From assembly GCA_964430225.1 (NCBI GenBank), contig CAYSFE010000001.1:11820-75819 (forward strand): DNA of 64,000 bases, read 5' to 3'. Shown piece by piece: positions 18,067 through 27,865 of this stretch. The translations under genes were made by a program, and so were the position numbers. Under the pieces are notes generated by a model, which did not search any database, was not told where the DNA came from, and was given only the letters and a program-made list of their open reading frames with translations. This DNA comes from an uncultured Candidatus Saccharibacteria bacterium. GTDB lineage: Bacteria > Patescibacteriota > Dojkabacteria > GCA-016699595 > JBAXKR01. Position 1 is the first letter of the stretch. The number at the start of each line of letters is the position of its first letter.

Positions 18067-19188
18067 ATGGTAAATGAACCAGGACAAACTGAAAGTAAAG
18101 GTATCCCACAAGTTTCAATAGAGACTAAAGAAGCATGTAAATCACTTGCAACTAAACTACATAATGCAATTAAGACCAAGTGTAAAGTAGCTATAGAAAT
18201 AAATATAGAGGAAGGAAAAGGATTTAAGGTTGAGATTCCCAATGGTATTAAAGAAGGAGTTAAGTGTGGAGTCATAATTACAGATAGATTTGGAAATGTA
18301 ATAGCTACTGGAGGTACAAAGGAAGAAATAAAGAGAAGAATAAATGGAGCATCAGCTACAAAAGTAATAATGTCATATATGATGTTAAAAGATCTATTTG
18401 AAAGAAAGCTCATAGATTTAAATGATTTGAATACAAAGCAATTACCTAGTCATAGTAGTAAAGTGAATGGGAATGAAATTGAAAGGGATATAAGTATAAA
18501 TGAATATTTACATGATATTCTTGGAGAATCTCAAAATGCACAAATAGCTGCTTTAAGAAAAATGTACGTTGAGCTTATGACTGGATTAGAAGGCACTTCA
18601 GAGAATCCAATGGATGATATTGAAAATAAGATTAATGATTACTTAGGAGTAAGTGATGAAGAAAATAAATATTTTCCAAGAACATCAACAATAGGAAAAT
18701 CAGATAAAGGACTAGGAAACACTGGACCTTTTGACGTATTACACGAATCATTTAGAAAAACAGTAGAGGAATGTAAGTCAGAAAGTTCTCCTCTTCCAGC
18801 TGAATTCAGAAATGCTTTCTTAGAAACATTAGCTCTACTTCCAATAGATCCTGCAAGAATGCCACATACATTTAAAAGACAAAATCCAGATAAATTAGTA
18901 GAAGGACATCATATAAGAGAAAAATCAGGATGGTATGCTGACCAAGGAGACGACAGAAATCTCACAAGCTCATTTTTAGAAGGATTAGTTAATGGAGAAT
19001 TAGTATATATTAGTTTTTATCATGAAGTAGAAGAGGTAACAAAATATAATGATCAAATAACAGTAAACAAACCTTCAGGTTTATTTACTGAGATTCAAAG
19101 AGAAAATCAACAAAAGAGATATTTAAGTATGGTAGGGGAGGCAATTAAACAAGTTTCAGAAGATCCAACTCTTTTACTATTTACCTAA
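18067..19188 (+). CDS. Serine beta-lactamase/PBP-fold protein (divergent), no signal peptide
   Basis: Ordered motifs SxxK (ASATK), SxN (ESQN), K(S/T)G (EKSG). Confidence 0.6.
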   Translation: MVNEPGQTESKGIPQVSIETKEACKSLATKLHNAIKTKCKVAIEINIEEGKGFKVEIPNGIKEGVKCGVIITDRFGNVIATGGTKEEIKRRINGASATKVIMSYMMLKDLFERKLIDLNDLNTKQLPSHSSKVNGNEIERDISINEYLHDILGESQNAQIAALRKMYVELMTGLEGTSENPMDDIENKINDYLGVSDEENKYFPRTSTIGKSDKGLGNTGPFDVLHESFRKTVEECKSESSPLPAEFRNAFLETLALLPIDPARMPHTFKRQNPDKLVEGHHIREKSGWYADQGDDRNLTSSFLEGLVNGELVYISFYHEVEEVTKYNDQITVNKPSGLFTEIQRENQQKRYLSMVGEAIKQVSEDPTLLLFT

Positions 19189-19527
19189 TTTAGCAATCAC
19201 CTTATATTTCCTTACAATAATATCTCCCCCTATTAGATTTAATTCTTCAGAAGAATCTTTTCCTGCTAAGTAGTGATATGTTCCATTAGTCTCATAAAAC
19301 TTTCTTCCTTCACTAACATCATATACATATCCATTAAGTCCAAGATAAATTGGTTTAGTTGGATCTGATCCATCATACTGAGATAGTTCAGATAGTGACA
19401 TAGTTTGAATATCTTCTTTTACAACTACTTTCATATTTCTTTTTGTTTGATAGGAGTAAAAGAAAAAAACAACAAAACTAACCAGAAAGAGAACTATGAG
19501 AATAATTACAAATTTTTTAATCGTCAT
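19177..19527 (-). CDS. Membrane-anchored cytochrome b5-like heme/steroid-binding protein (MAPR type)
   Basis: TM helix then ELSQYDGSDPTKPIYLGLNGYVYDVSEGRKFY..G.YHYLAGKDSS; start placed at MTIKK. Confidence 0.85.
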   Translation of the reverse strand: MTIKKFVIILIVLFLVSFVVFFFYSYQTKRNMKVVVKEDIQTMSLSELSQYDGSDPTKPIYLGLNGYVYDVSEGRKFYETNGTYHYLAGKDSSEELNLIGGDIIVRKYKVIAKLGK

Positions 19528-20251
19528 CGATTTCATTTTCATCTTCATCTTCAACAATTGGAGGTGTTCCATTTAAAGTGGGGCCAGTATATGTTCCCAT
19601 AACAGGACGAGCTGTCATATATGATAGTGGATGAGGGAATACATTTGTTACATCTCTTCCTCCTGTAATACCATTATGAGTACAATTACTCCATGAAGGA
19701 TGAGTACTCACACTATACACCACCCCTTTATATGCGATATAACAATTACCTGCTTTGTTGTGAGTTGCTAGTGAACTCTGTGTAAATACTTCAGTTCCTT
19801 TTGTTACAGGTTTAACAGTAGTCTTAGTACCAGTTGTAGTTACAAGATACTGTTGAATTCGAGCTAAATCACTTCCATGTTGATTTGTAAATGTTGTAGA
19901 CATATCAGTATTACATACAAAGATGTCACCACCTGAGTGAGAGTTTCTAAGTGAAGTTACATCATATTTACTTCCCTTAATAGTGACTATACATTTATTA
20001 CTTGTAACAATACTACTCGTACTTGAGCTTATTGTTGAAAGAGTTTCTGAACTAGAAGAAGAAGAGGGAATACTTGAACTACTTTCAGAACTAGTAGAAA
20101 TTGAATTAGATGATTCAGCTAAAGAAGTAGCTAACATATCAGCACCTCTATATGCTGTAACAAGAGTTAAAGATGCAGCTCCCAACACAAGTACAACTGT
20201 AGACATCTTTATTAAGTAGTCGATCAAAGTTTTTAAAAATGGTTCTTTCAA
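19517..20251 (-). CDS. Exported protein with two cytochrome b5-like domains
   Basis: CIVTIKGSKYDVT...HSGG...QHG and LATHNKAGNCYIAYKGVVYSV...HNG...GRDVT..FPH; Ser-rich linker; start uncertain (TTG 20251 or ATG 20206). Confidence 0.8.
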   Translation of the reverse strand: MKEPFLKTLIDYLIKMSTVVLVLGAASLTLVTAYRGADMLATSLAESSNSISTSSESSSSIPSSSSSSETLSTISSSTSSIVTSNKCIVTIKGSKYDVTSLRNSHSGGDIFVCNTDMSTTFTNQHGSDLARIQQYLVTTTGTKTTVKPVTKGTEVFTQSSLATHNKAGNCYIAYKGVVYSVSTHPSWSNCTHNGITGGRDVTNVFPHPLSYMTARPVMGTYTGPTLNGTPPIVEDEDENEIDDD

Positions 20252-20297
20252 GGGAGTAGATAAAAATCTATATATATAGTCTATCAGAAAAAAAGTA

Positions 20298-20345
20298 TTG
20301 ACAGAATGGATACATTGTAATACGATACATCTCAATACGATATAC
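20298..20345 (+). promoter_or_regulatory. padR promoter with 15-bp tandem repeats
   Basis: TTGACA(20298)-17-TACGAT(20321); GATACAT at 20309 and 20324, GATATAC at 20339. Confidence 0.6.
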
Positions 20346-20361
20346 TTTTTAAATAATTTTT

Positions 20362-20691
20362 ATGAACATTTCAAAAGAGCTATTAAAGGGAACTACTAAG
20401 ATAATGGTGCTTAGTGTTATAGATGGAAGAGAACTATATGGATATCAAATTATTAAACTTCTTAAAGAGAAATCTGCAAATGTCTTAAAGATGGGAGAGG
20501 GAACAATCTATCCAATACTTCATCATTTAGAATCTGAAAAATATTTATCCTCAAGATGGGAAGATATGGATAACGGAATGAAAAGAAAATACTACTCCTT
20601 AACAGAAAAGGGAAAAGGTCTTCTAAAGAAATCTTTAGAAGAATGGAAAGACTTTACTAATATTGTTAACACAACTTTATTCCACTCATAA
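20362..20691 (+). CDS. PadR-family transcriptional regulator
   Basis: LLKGT, YGYQII, EGTIYPILHHLE, RKYYSLTEKG. Confidence 0.93.
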   Translation: MNISKELLKGTTKIMVLSVIDGRELYGYQIIKLLKEKSANVLKMGEGTIYPILHHLESEKYLSSRWEDMDNGMKRKYYSLTEKGKGLLKKSLEEWKDFTNIVNTTLFHS

Positions 20692-21341
20692 TGTCATACA
20701 AAGATTTTATTGAAAATTTTGTAGAGAGTTCTTCTTTATCTGAAAAAGACTCAAAACTTCTTGCTTTAGAAATGGAATCGGATTTCTATGCTAAAGAAAA
20801 AGATTTAATTCTAAATAACGAAAAGGACACCATGAAAAAGATTGAAGATGATTTTGGAGATAAAGATAAGCTAGCTGAACAAATGTTCTTAGCTCATCAT
20901 AAATATCTAAATATTCCAATACTTGGACCACTTCTATATTTTAAAACTATTAGATGGATTATTGTAATAACATTGCTTTATCCACTTAATGTGTTATGTG
21001 CAAACTTTATTGGCGGAATGTTATATATTTCTCAAAACTTTTCAACTGAAAGTCAATTTAGTCTAAATAACATTGTATATATTTTAGGTTATATACTTCC
21101 TTTTTTGCCATTAATATTTTTATTTATTAAATTTAAGGTTTCAAATAAAGATATAGTTTTAAGCACCTTGTTATCGGTTGTGATAATAACTCTTACAATC
21201 TTTTTCTTTTTCATGGGCCCTATAAATAGCTATTCAACATTCTCACTAGAATCAAACATAATTATGCTTGGTCTTATTGCTTCTCCATATTTATTTTTCG
21301 TTTTAATTACTTTAGTTCTTAAGAGACTTTTGAAAAGATGA
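20691..21341 (+). CDS. Membrane protein with N-terminal helical 'permease prefix'/HAAS-like domain
   Basis: E..DFGDKDKLAEQ motif then ~4-5 TM helices; typical PadR partner. Confidence 0.65.
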   Translation: MSYKDFIENFVESSSLSEKDSKLLALEMESDFYAKEKDLILNNEKDTMKKIEDDFGDKDKLAEQMFLAHHKYLNIPILGPLLYFKTIRWIIVITLLYPLNVLCANFIGGMLYISQNFSTESQFSLNNIVYILGYILPFLPLIFLFIKFKVSNKDIVLSTLLSVVIITLTIFFFFMGPINSYSTFSLESNIIMLGLIASPYLFFVLITLVLKRLLKR

Positions 21342-22522
21342 CAAAAATAGTACTAAGAAAACTTTTAATTCAATTCATCGTAGTTATTTCAGTTATATTA
21401 GTTTTAATATTTATTCCTACTTCCTTATTTGGTCCTAAAAATATTAAGTATACAAAGGCAGAAGAATTAGGTGACAGAGGCTATGTTTTCGTATTAGGTA
21501 ACAGTTCTTTTAGTGGTACCTTAGTAACTGATAACTATGGGAATACTTTATTAGAGAAGCCTTATAAGGCCCCAAAGATATTTGATTTAGGAAATACTTC
21601 AATATTACTTATCGAGGGAAACCCTTCAAACAACGAAAATATAAACGAAGTATACACCTTTGAGAAAGCATCAAATCTTAATGGGAATAAAGTTAGTTTA
21701 AAAGAACAGAAGGAACTTTTAAATAACATCTTCCTAAATATAAATTTAAAAGACATATTTCAAACAAACTACTCAATAAGTGCTGATAACAAAGCAATTA
21801 ATATCCCCCTATGTATTTTGAAAGAAAGAAAGCCAAATAAGATAGCATGTTTCAGTATTAATTCCATAGACTTCTCATACAAAGAAATAAATACTGACGA
21901 GATAAATCAAAAAATGAGCAAGTTTACTTCTAACAGATACGAACTTTCTTCTGAAGAGTATGACCAGACTGTAGAAGATACTTTCGTTTCATTAAAACTA
22001 CACTATATTAATGATGACCTAGACCTAATTGGTCCATCTGAACCGGTATTAAAATTCAAAGTAACCGCTTCTAATATTATTATTAGCAATGACAACACAG
22101 GAAAACAACAATTAGATACTTCTGAAATTAGTCAACCTGTATTAGATTTTAATCAACCACCTTTTAGCTATTTTAATTATGAAAGTTCCATACCATATAC
22201 TACTGTAAACTTAAATATGGACTATAAAAATATTAAGGACTTTGACTATTCACTTGGGGATAAACAACTTTCTAGAACAATTGATGTCAATAACCCAGTT
22301 ATTGGAGAACAGTATTTAGAGAAAGATGGAGAAAAACTAATGAGTTGGTTTTCGTTATATAACCAAAATAGTATTTCAGCTGGATTAATTGATAATTGTA
22401 TATATATAAAAATTAACCAGGATATCTATATGATTAATACCAAAGAAAATAAAACATATAAAATTAATACTTCTCTAGAATCTGATAGCAATATAAGAAT
22501 ATTATCTATATTTGCCTTTTAA
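21338..22522 (+). CDS. Membrane-anchored exported hypothetical protein
   Basis: N-terminal TM; ATGA overlap with previous gene. Confidence 0.6.
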   Translation: MTKIVLRKLLIQFIVVISVILVLIFIPTSLFGPKNIKYTKAEELGDRGYVFVLGNSSFSGTLVTDNYGNTLLEKPYKAPKIFDLGNTSILLIEGNPSNNENINEVYTFEKASNLNGNKVSLKEQKELLNNIFLNINLKDIFQTNYSISADNKAINIPLCILKERKPNKIACFSINSIDFSYKEINTDEINQKMSKFTSNRYELSSEEYDQTVEDTFVSLKLHYINDDLDLIGPSEPVLKFKVTASNIIISNDNTGKQQLDTSEISQPVLDFNQPPFSYFNYESSIPYTTVNLNMDYKNIKDFDYSLGDKQLSRTIDVNNPVIGEQYLEKDGEKLMSWFSLYNQNSISAGLIDNCIYIKINQDIYMINTKENKTYKINTSLESDSNIRILSIFAF

Positions 22523-22675
22523 TTTACCTTATTAATTAAGAACAAAGATACTTAAATTAAATATTGGTTTTTTAATCATAAAAAGAGTACTAGAAGAGTA
22601 TACTGCCCCATAGTCTTATTTTTGTAACGTTTTTCTACAATTTCGTTATATCAATATGTATTTAAATGAATTCAT

Positions 22676-24082
22676 ATGACACTAAGCAAAGAAGCTTTTA
22701 CTAAAAATGTTTTAAGTAAAGAGTCTGAAATTAAGGCTCATAGAAACGTGCGTATAGGAGAACTTCTAATAGACTTGCTTGGAACAAAACTTTCTCAAGG
22801 CGAAAAAACCGATAGGAAAATCCAAGTTGCTTCAGAACTCTTTGATCCTGAACATGAAGGTCAAGTTGAGTCTGTTACTGAACAACTTAGCTTCATTTCA
22901 AATGTTGAAACCAGTGTTTCAGAAGTAGAAATAATGGGAAGAGGAGTAGTAGATCAAGCAATTGTATTACTTGGTCAGTCTCTTCAAGAAACAAAAAGAC
23001 TACTTCAGGAAAGTGAGAAATATAGAAGGGCGTATGCAGACAAAAAGACTGTTTCACTAGTCACTAATATATTGGGCTCACCAGTATCTGACGAAGTAAA
23101 AAAAAGATTTATTGAAAAATTTAAATTAAATCTATCTGATGTAGTATTAAATATAATAGAGGTTGAATTAACAACTCCTGATCCTTTTGAAATTCTTTCT
23201 AGTTTAAAACAAAGTGAGAAACCTAGTTCTTCAAAAGGTCAACCAGATTCATTAACAAATTTAGGGATTAATAGTTCTGAAGGGAGTAAAGATAAAGTCT
23301 TTGCAATTTTTGAAAGATTTGCTCCGTCAAATATGAGAATTCCTAAAGATAGTGAACTAAACGCTTATGCAGTAATTTTAAATGAGGCCGACTATAAACT
23401 CCTAAAATATATAGTAGCAGGAGAAAACCATAGAAGATCTATAACAGAAGTGAATGACTATTTAGGAACAAATAAAGCACAAATACATAAGTTGAGAAGC
23501 GAACTAGAAAGGACAGAATTAGGGTTAAGAAAAACAGATAATAACTGGGAAGTATATATTAAGAATTCTGAACCACTTAGAACTCCTTTAGCTACTCATG
23601 AAATTCTAGATATATTAGGATTAAATTATGATCCCAAACAAATCCATAGTCTAAATGTACCTAAACCATTTCAGATAGAAGGAAGAGGAGATCTTATCTT
23701 TGTAAAACCAAATGAACATCCATTTATTGAAATATGTTTTAGCCTAAGTAGAACAGGAAGTAGGGTATTTAGAGACTTAACAGAAAAAACATCTTCTATT
23801 TCAAAACTAAGTGACCTTATGTTTACATTTATAACCGCTTTAGCTAAAGCAACTTTTGAATCTGAAATTGATTCAACTTTTGTAGCAAATAGTAGAATCC
23901 CTCTACTTAGAAAATTAAAAATTAGGGGGATAAATGGTTTTAATCTATATTTCACATATGGAACAAATGGTTATGTCTCAAGATTTTCTAATAAAAGACC
24001 TGTTATAGTATGGGGTATAGCTGATGAGTGTAATGATCAAGAAATATTGAGAGAAATGGCAAATTCCAATGGTAATAGCTAA
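22676..24082 (+). CDS. Hypothetical protein (possible RelE-like C-terminal domain)
   Basis: 468-aa ORF. Confidence 0.6.
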   Translation: MTLSKEAFTKNVLSKESEIKAHRNVRIGELLIDLLGTKLSQGEKTDRKIQVASELFDPEHEGQVESVTEQLSFISNVETSVSEVEIMGRGVVDQAIVLLGQSLQETKRLLQESEKYRRAYADKKTVSLVTNILGSPVSDEVKKRFIEKFKLNLSDVVLNIIEVELTTPDPFEILSSLKQSEKPSSSKGQPDSLTNLGINSSEGSKDKVFAIFERFAPSNMRIPKDSELNAYAVILNEADYKLLKYIVAGENHRRSITEVNDYLGTNKAQIHKLRSELERTELGLRKTDNNWEVYIKNSEPLRTPLATHEILDILGLNYDPKQIHSLNVPKPFQIEGRGDLIFVKPNEHPFIEICFSLSRTGSRVFRDLTEKTSSISKLSDLMFTFITALAKATFESEIDSTFVANSRIPLLRKLKIRGINGFNLYFTYGTNGYVSRFSNKRPVIVWGIADECNDQEILREMANSNGNS

Positions 24083-24203
24083 TAAAATGAAGGCAAGTAC
24101 AATATATAAAAGTAATATTTGCTTATATTTCTATATGTATAATTTTGTAATTTCAGTGTTATAAGATATAATTAAATTTGTTTAAATTATTAAAATTACA
24201 AAT

Positions 24204-25124
24204 ATGCCAGAAATTAATGGAATAAATACTAAACCCAGATTGTTTGAGGGATGGAGAGAAGTAACAACCCAAATGGCCCGAGATGCAGAAGTGACCAGAA
24301 AGTTAGCCCATGCATTACTTATTTCATTAGGACAAAGTAAAGTTGTTAGGGTTGTTGCCTTTAGAATTGCAAATGCATTAGGTGAAGTTAACACGAATGT
24401 AAATCCAGATTCTTTAGCTGAAAAGATTGCCAATCCTGATCCTTCAAAAGTAGAAAGTATAAAAGCAACTTTAATAAGAGCAAGGGATGACAGTTCACTT
24501 GTTGAACAAGCTTACTCAATAAACCAAGCTGATAATATAGTAACAGTTTTAACAGAATCAGATGTTGCAGCCCTTAAAGTATTACCTGAGACATCAGGAA
24601 TTAGAATAATGCTTGAAAACGGTGCAAGAAGCGTTGACTTTGTAGAAGGTAAGTTTGAATTAGTAGCTACTGTCGATTCACTATTGAAAGCTCTTACTAA
24701 AGACTTTTCTAAAAGAAGTAATATTAGAAGAACAAATACTTTAGAAGTTAAAAAAGCTAAAAAGAACCCAACTACTAAACCAGTTAAGAGAGAGGTTGTA
24801 AGTACTTTACCAGGAATCAGCTTCTCAATTAAAGGGGAAGAACCATCTCCAATTAGTGCACTAAGACTTATGGGTGTAAATAGAGAAGCAAAAGTTTTGA
24901 AAGCTTTAGAGAAATGTATGAAAAGTGATAAGAAAGAATATGTCTATAAAAGAGCTAAGCCATCAAAACCTGAAGCTGGGTATATAAACTTAATAAGAGG
25001 TACTTTTGCAAATGATTCTAAAAGCAAACCAAATAATGCGTTATTAATGTACAAAGGAAAAAGGTTTGAAGTAAGTAAACTTGAAAATGACGAAAACGGT
25101 TTTAGAATTAAATTAGTAAAATAA
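24204..25124 (+). CDS. Hypothetical protein, basic C-terminus
   Basis: 306-aa ORF. Confidence 0.6.
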   Translation: MPEINGINTKPRLFEGWREVTTQMARDAEVTRKLAHALLISLGQSKVVRVVAFRIANALGEVNTNVNPDSLAEKIANPDPSKVESIKATLIRARDDSSLVEQAYSINQADNIVTVLTESDVAALKVLPETSGIRIMLENGARSVDFVEGKFELVATVDSLLKALTKDFSKRSNIRRTNTLEVKKAKKNPTTKPVKREVVSTLPGISFSIKGEEPSPISALRLMGVNREAKVLKALEKCMKSDKKEYVYKRAKPSKPEAGYINLIRGTFANDSKSKPNNALLMYKGKRFEVSKLENDENGFRIKLVK

Positions 25125-25136
25125 ACATAAAATATA

Positions 25137-25163
25137 TTAGCACTCTTGAATATCGTCTGCTAA
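25137..25163 (+). promoter_or_regulatory. CIRCE element (HrcA operator) upstream of clpC
   Basis: TTAGCACTC-N9-GTCTGCTAA (2 mismatches to consensus). Confidence 0.85.
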
Positions 25164-25206
25164 TTATGTACAATGAGATATTAATTGAAATTTAAATTGT
25201 ACAAAC

Positions 25207-27654
25207 ATGTTTAACCTACTTGAAATATTCTCTGAAAGAGCTAAGGCTGTTCTTCAAACTGCAGCATCTATTGCTGTTGAATATAGAAGAAAATATATTG
25301 ATACTGAGCATATACTTCTTGCTTTAATCCTAGATGAGATTGTAATAAAAATACTATCTAAGATGGATATATCTCCTGAAGATATACGTGCTGAAATGAC
25401 AGCTGTAATGTCTCAAGGAAACTTCTCAGATGGAAGAATAGATCTAGCACCTCGTGCTAAGCAAGTACTTGAAATCACTTTCCAAGAATCCCGTGGATTA
25501 AATCACTCATATGTTGGACCTGAACATATTCTTTTAGGTCTTATCTCTGAAGGAGAAGGATTAGCAGCACAGGTTCTTAAAGGAATGGATATCTCATACG
25601 ATAAAGCTCGTAAAGCAGTTCTTGAAGTCATTGGAGAAGGAGAGGGAATTAAAAAAGAAACATCTAAAACTCCTACACTAGATAAGTTTGCAAAAGATTT
25701 AACCCTATATGCAAAAGAAGGGAGGATTGATCCAGTAATTGGAAGAGCTAAAGAAGTAAACAGAGTCATTCAAATACTTTCACGTAGAAAGAAGAATAAT
25801 CCAGTACTCATTGGAGATCCTGGAGTAGGTAAGACTGCAATTGCAGAAGGACTTGCCCTTAAGATATCTTCTGAAAATGTTCCAGATATACTTTTAAACA
25901 AAAGAGTAATGGCTCTTGATCTTGGACTACTCATGGCAGGTGCTAAGTTTAGAGGTGAGTTTGAAGAAAGAGCTATGAAAATACTTTCTGAAATATCTAA
26001 ATCTAATGGAGAAGTAATTCTCTTCATAGATGAGTTACACACAATTGTAGGAACTGGGAACCAAGAAGGAGGACTAGATTTAAGTAATATTCTTAAACCT
26101 CCCCTTGCTCGTGGAGAGCTACAAGTAATAGGAGCAACTACACTAAACGAGTATCAAAAATATATTGAAAAAGATGGGGCTCTTGAGAGAAGATTCCAAC
26201 CAATACTTGTTGAAGAACCAACAGTTGAACAAACAGTAGAAATATTAAGAGGTATCAGGGATAAATATGAATCTCATCACAGGATAGAAATATCTGATGA
26301 GGCACTAATCTCAGCAGCTGAACTATCTGAAAGATATATTAACGATAGATTCCTACCAGATAAGGCTATTGATGTAATAGATGAAGGAGCATCTAAAAAA
26401 AGATTAGAAGCTTTCTCTAAGCCAGATGATATTAAAAACCTTGAAATTGAAATACGTAAACTTGATCAAGAAAGAGAAAGTCTAACCCGTTCTCAAAAGT
26501 TTGAAGATGCAGCAGAAGCTAAGATTAAGATAGATCAATTACAAAAGAAACTTGACCCACTTTTAGATCAATGGAACAAATCTCGTGGATCAGGTACTCC
26601 TGTACTTACAGCAGATGATGTAGCTGTAATCATATCTCAGATTACTAATGTACCTGTAACTCAATTAAAAGTAGAAGAGAGAACAAGACTTCTTAAACTA
26701 GAAGAAGAGATACATAAGAAACTAGTGGGACAAGATCAGGCAGTAAAAGCAGTTTCAGAAGCTGTTAGAAGAGCTAGGGCAGGACTAAAGAACCCGAACA
26801 GACCTATTGCTTCTTTCCTTTTTCTAGGACCTACAGGAGTAGGTAAAACAGAGCTAGCTAAAACTCTAGCTTCCATACTCTTTGGATCTGAGAACAATAT
26901 AATAAGGGTAGATATGTCAGAGTATTCAGAGAAGTTTAACGTATCAAAATTAATTGGATCTCCTCCAGGATATGTAGGATATGACGAAGGAGGCCAGTTA
27001 ACTGAAAAAGTTAGAAGGAACCCTTACTCAATCATATTACTTGATGAAATAGAGAAGGCTCATCCAGAAGTATTTAATTCACTTCTTCAAATACTTGAAG
27101 ATGGAAGACTTACAGATGGAAAGGGTAGAGTAGTAGACTTTAAAAATACAATAGTCATAGCTACAAGTAATATCGGGGCTGAAATCATTCAAGACTATTC
27201 AAAAGAAGGTAAAGTAGGAAACTCTTTAGGGTTTGATGTAAAGATTGATAAAGATACTAAAGAAGAAACCCAGTGGGATAAAGTAAAGAAAGAAGTTTTA
27301 GAAGAACTATCTAAAAACTTTAAACCTGAGTTTATCAATCGTATTGATGAAGTCATAATCTTTGAAAGTCTAAGTAAGGATCAAATACGAGAAATAATAA
27401 AACTTGAACTAGATAAGGTAGTAAGAATTGTTAAAGCACAAAAGATAGAAATATCTTTTGATAAAAGCTTAGTTGAAAGAGTGTTTGAAAAAGGATTCAA
27501 TGATCTCTTTGGGGCAAGAGAACTCAGACGTGTGATACAAAAAGAAGTAGAGACAAAGATAAGTGAACTAATACTTGATGGATCTATGAAAGAGAATAAG
27601 AAATATGTAGTATCATTTAAGAAAGATGCTTTAGTAGTAAAAAATGAAAAATAG
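25207..27654 (+). CDS. clpC: ATP-dependent Clp protease ATP-binding subunit ClpC
   Basis: Two Clp-N repeats (TEHILL, PEHILL), two AAA domains (GDPGVGKT, GPTGVGKT), short UVR-type middle domain, LGF ClpP-docking loop. Confidence 0.93.
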   Translation: MFNLLEIFSERAKAVLQTAASIAVEYRRKYIDTEHILLALILDEIVIKILSKMDISPEDIRAEMTAVMSQGNFSDGRIDLAPRAKQVLEITFQESRGLNHSYVGPEHILLGLISEGEGLAAQVLKGMDISYDKARKAVLEVIGEGEGIKKETSKTPTLDKFAKDLTLYAKEGRIDPVIGRAKEVNRVIQILSRRKKNNPVLIGDPGVGKTAIAEGLALKISSENVPDILLNKRVMALDLGLLMAGAKFRGEFEERAMKILSEISKSNGEVILFIDELHTIVGTGNQEGGLDLSNILKPPLARGELQVIGATTLNEYQKYIEKDGALERRFQPILVEEPTVEQTVEILRGIRDKYESHHRIEISDEALISAAELSERYINDRFLPDKAIDVIDEGASKKRLEAFSKPDDIKNLEIEIRKLDQERESLTRSQKFEDAAEAKIKIDQLQKKLDPLLDQWNKSRGSGTPVLTADDVAVIISQITNVPVTQLKVEERTRLLKLEEEIHKKLVGQDQAVKAVSEAVRRARAGLKNPNRPIASFLFLGPTGVGKTELAKTLASILFGSENNIIRVDMSEYSEKFNVSKLIGSPPGYVGYDEGGQLTEKVRRNPYSIILLDEIEKAHPEVFNSLLQILEDGRLTDGKGRVVDFKNTIVIATSNIGAEIIQDYSKEGKVGNSLGFDVKIDKDTKEETQWDKVKKEVLEELSKNFKPEFINRIDEVIIFESLSKDQIREIIKLELDKVVRIVKAQKIEISFDKSLVERVFEKGFNDLFGARELRRVIQKEVETKISELILDGSMKENKKYVVSFKKDALVVKNEK

Positions 27655-27865
27655 TAAGCTAGTTAAAAAAGCACATAAGATATATAAGGAGATAAGTCCT
27701 AAGTTTAAAGAGTTTGGAAAGACTAAGAAGATAGTCATAGACCCTATCACTAAAGAATTCTATACAGGTAATAGTGATATAGAGGCATATGAGAAAGCCT
27801 GCTCTAAACATCCTAAGCGTAAGTTTTATCTTACAAGTAGTGAGGAAATGTATTCTAAACTATGA
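27644..27865 (+). CDS. Small protein, DUF5678-like
   Basis: IVIDPITKEFYTG.S.IEAYEKA..KHP pattern; precedes an aspartyl protease. Confidence 0.6.
   Translation: MKNSKLVKKAHKIYKEISPKFKEFGKTKKIVIDPITKEFYTGNSDIEAYEKACSKHPKRKFYLTSSEEMYSKL

Noticed and set aside
20030-20115. DNA-level tandem repeat in the Ser-rich stretch
   Set aside because: Low-complexity protein linker with mixed codons, not a nucleotide repeat.
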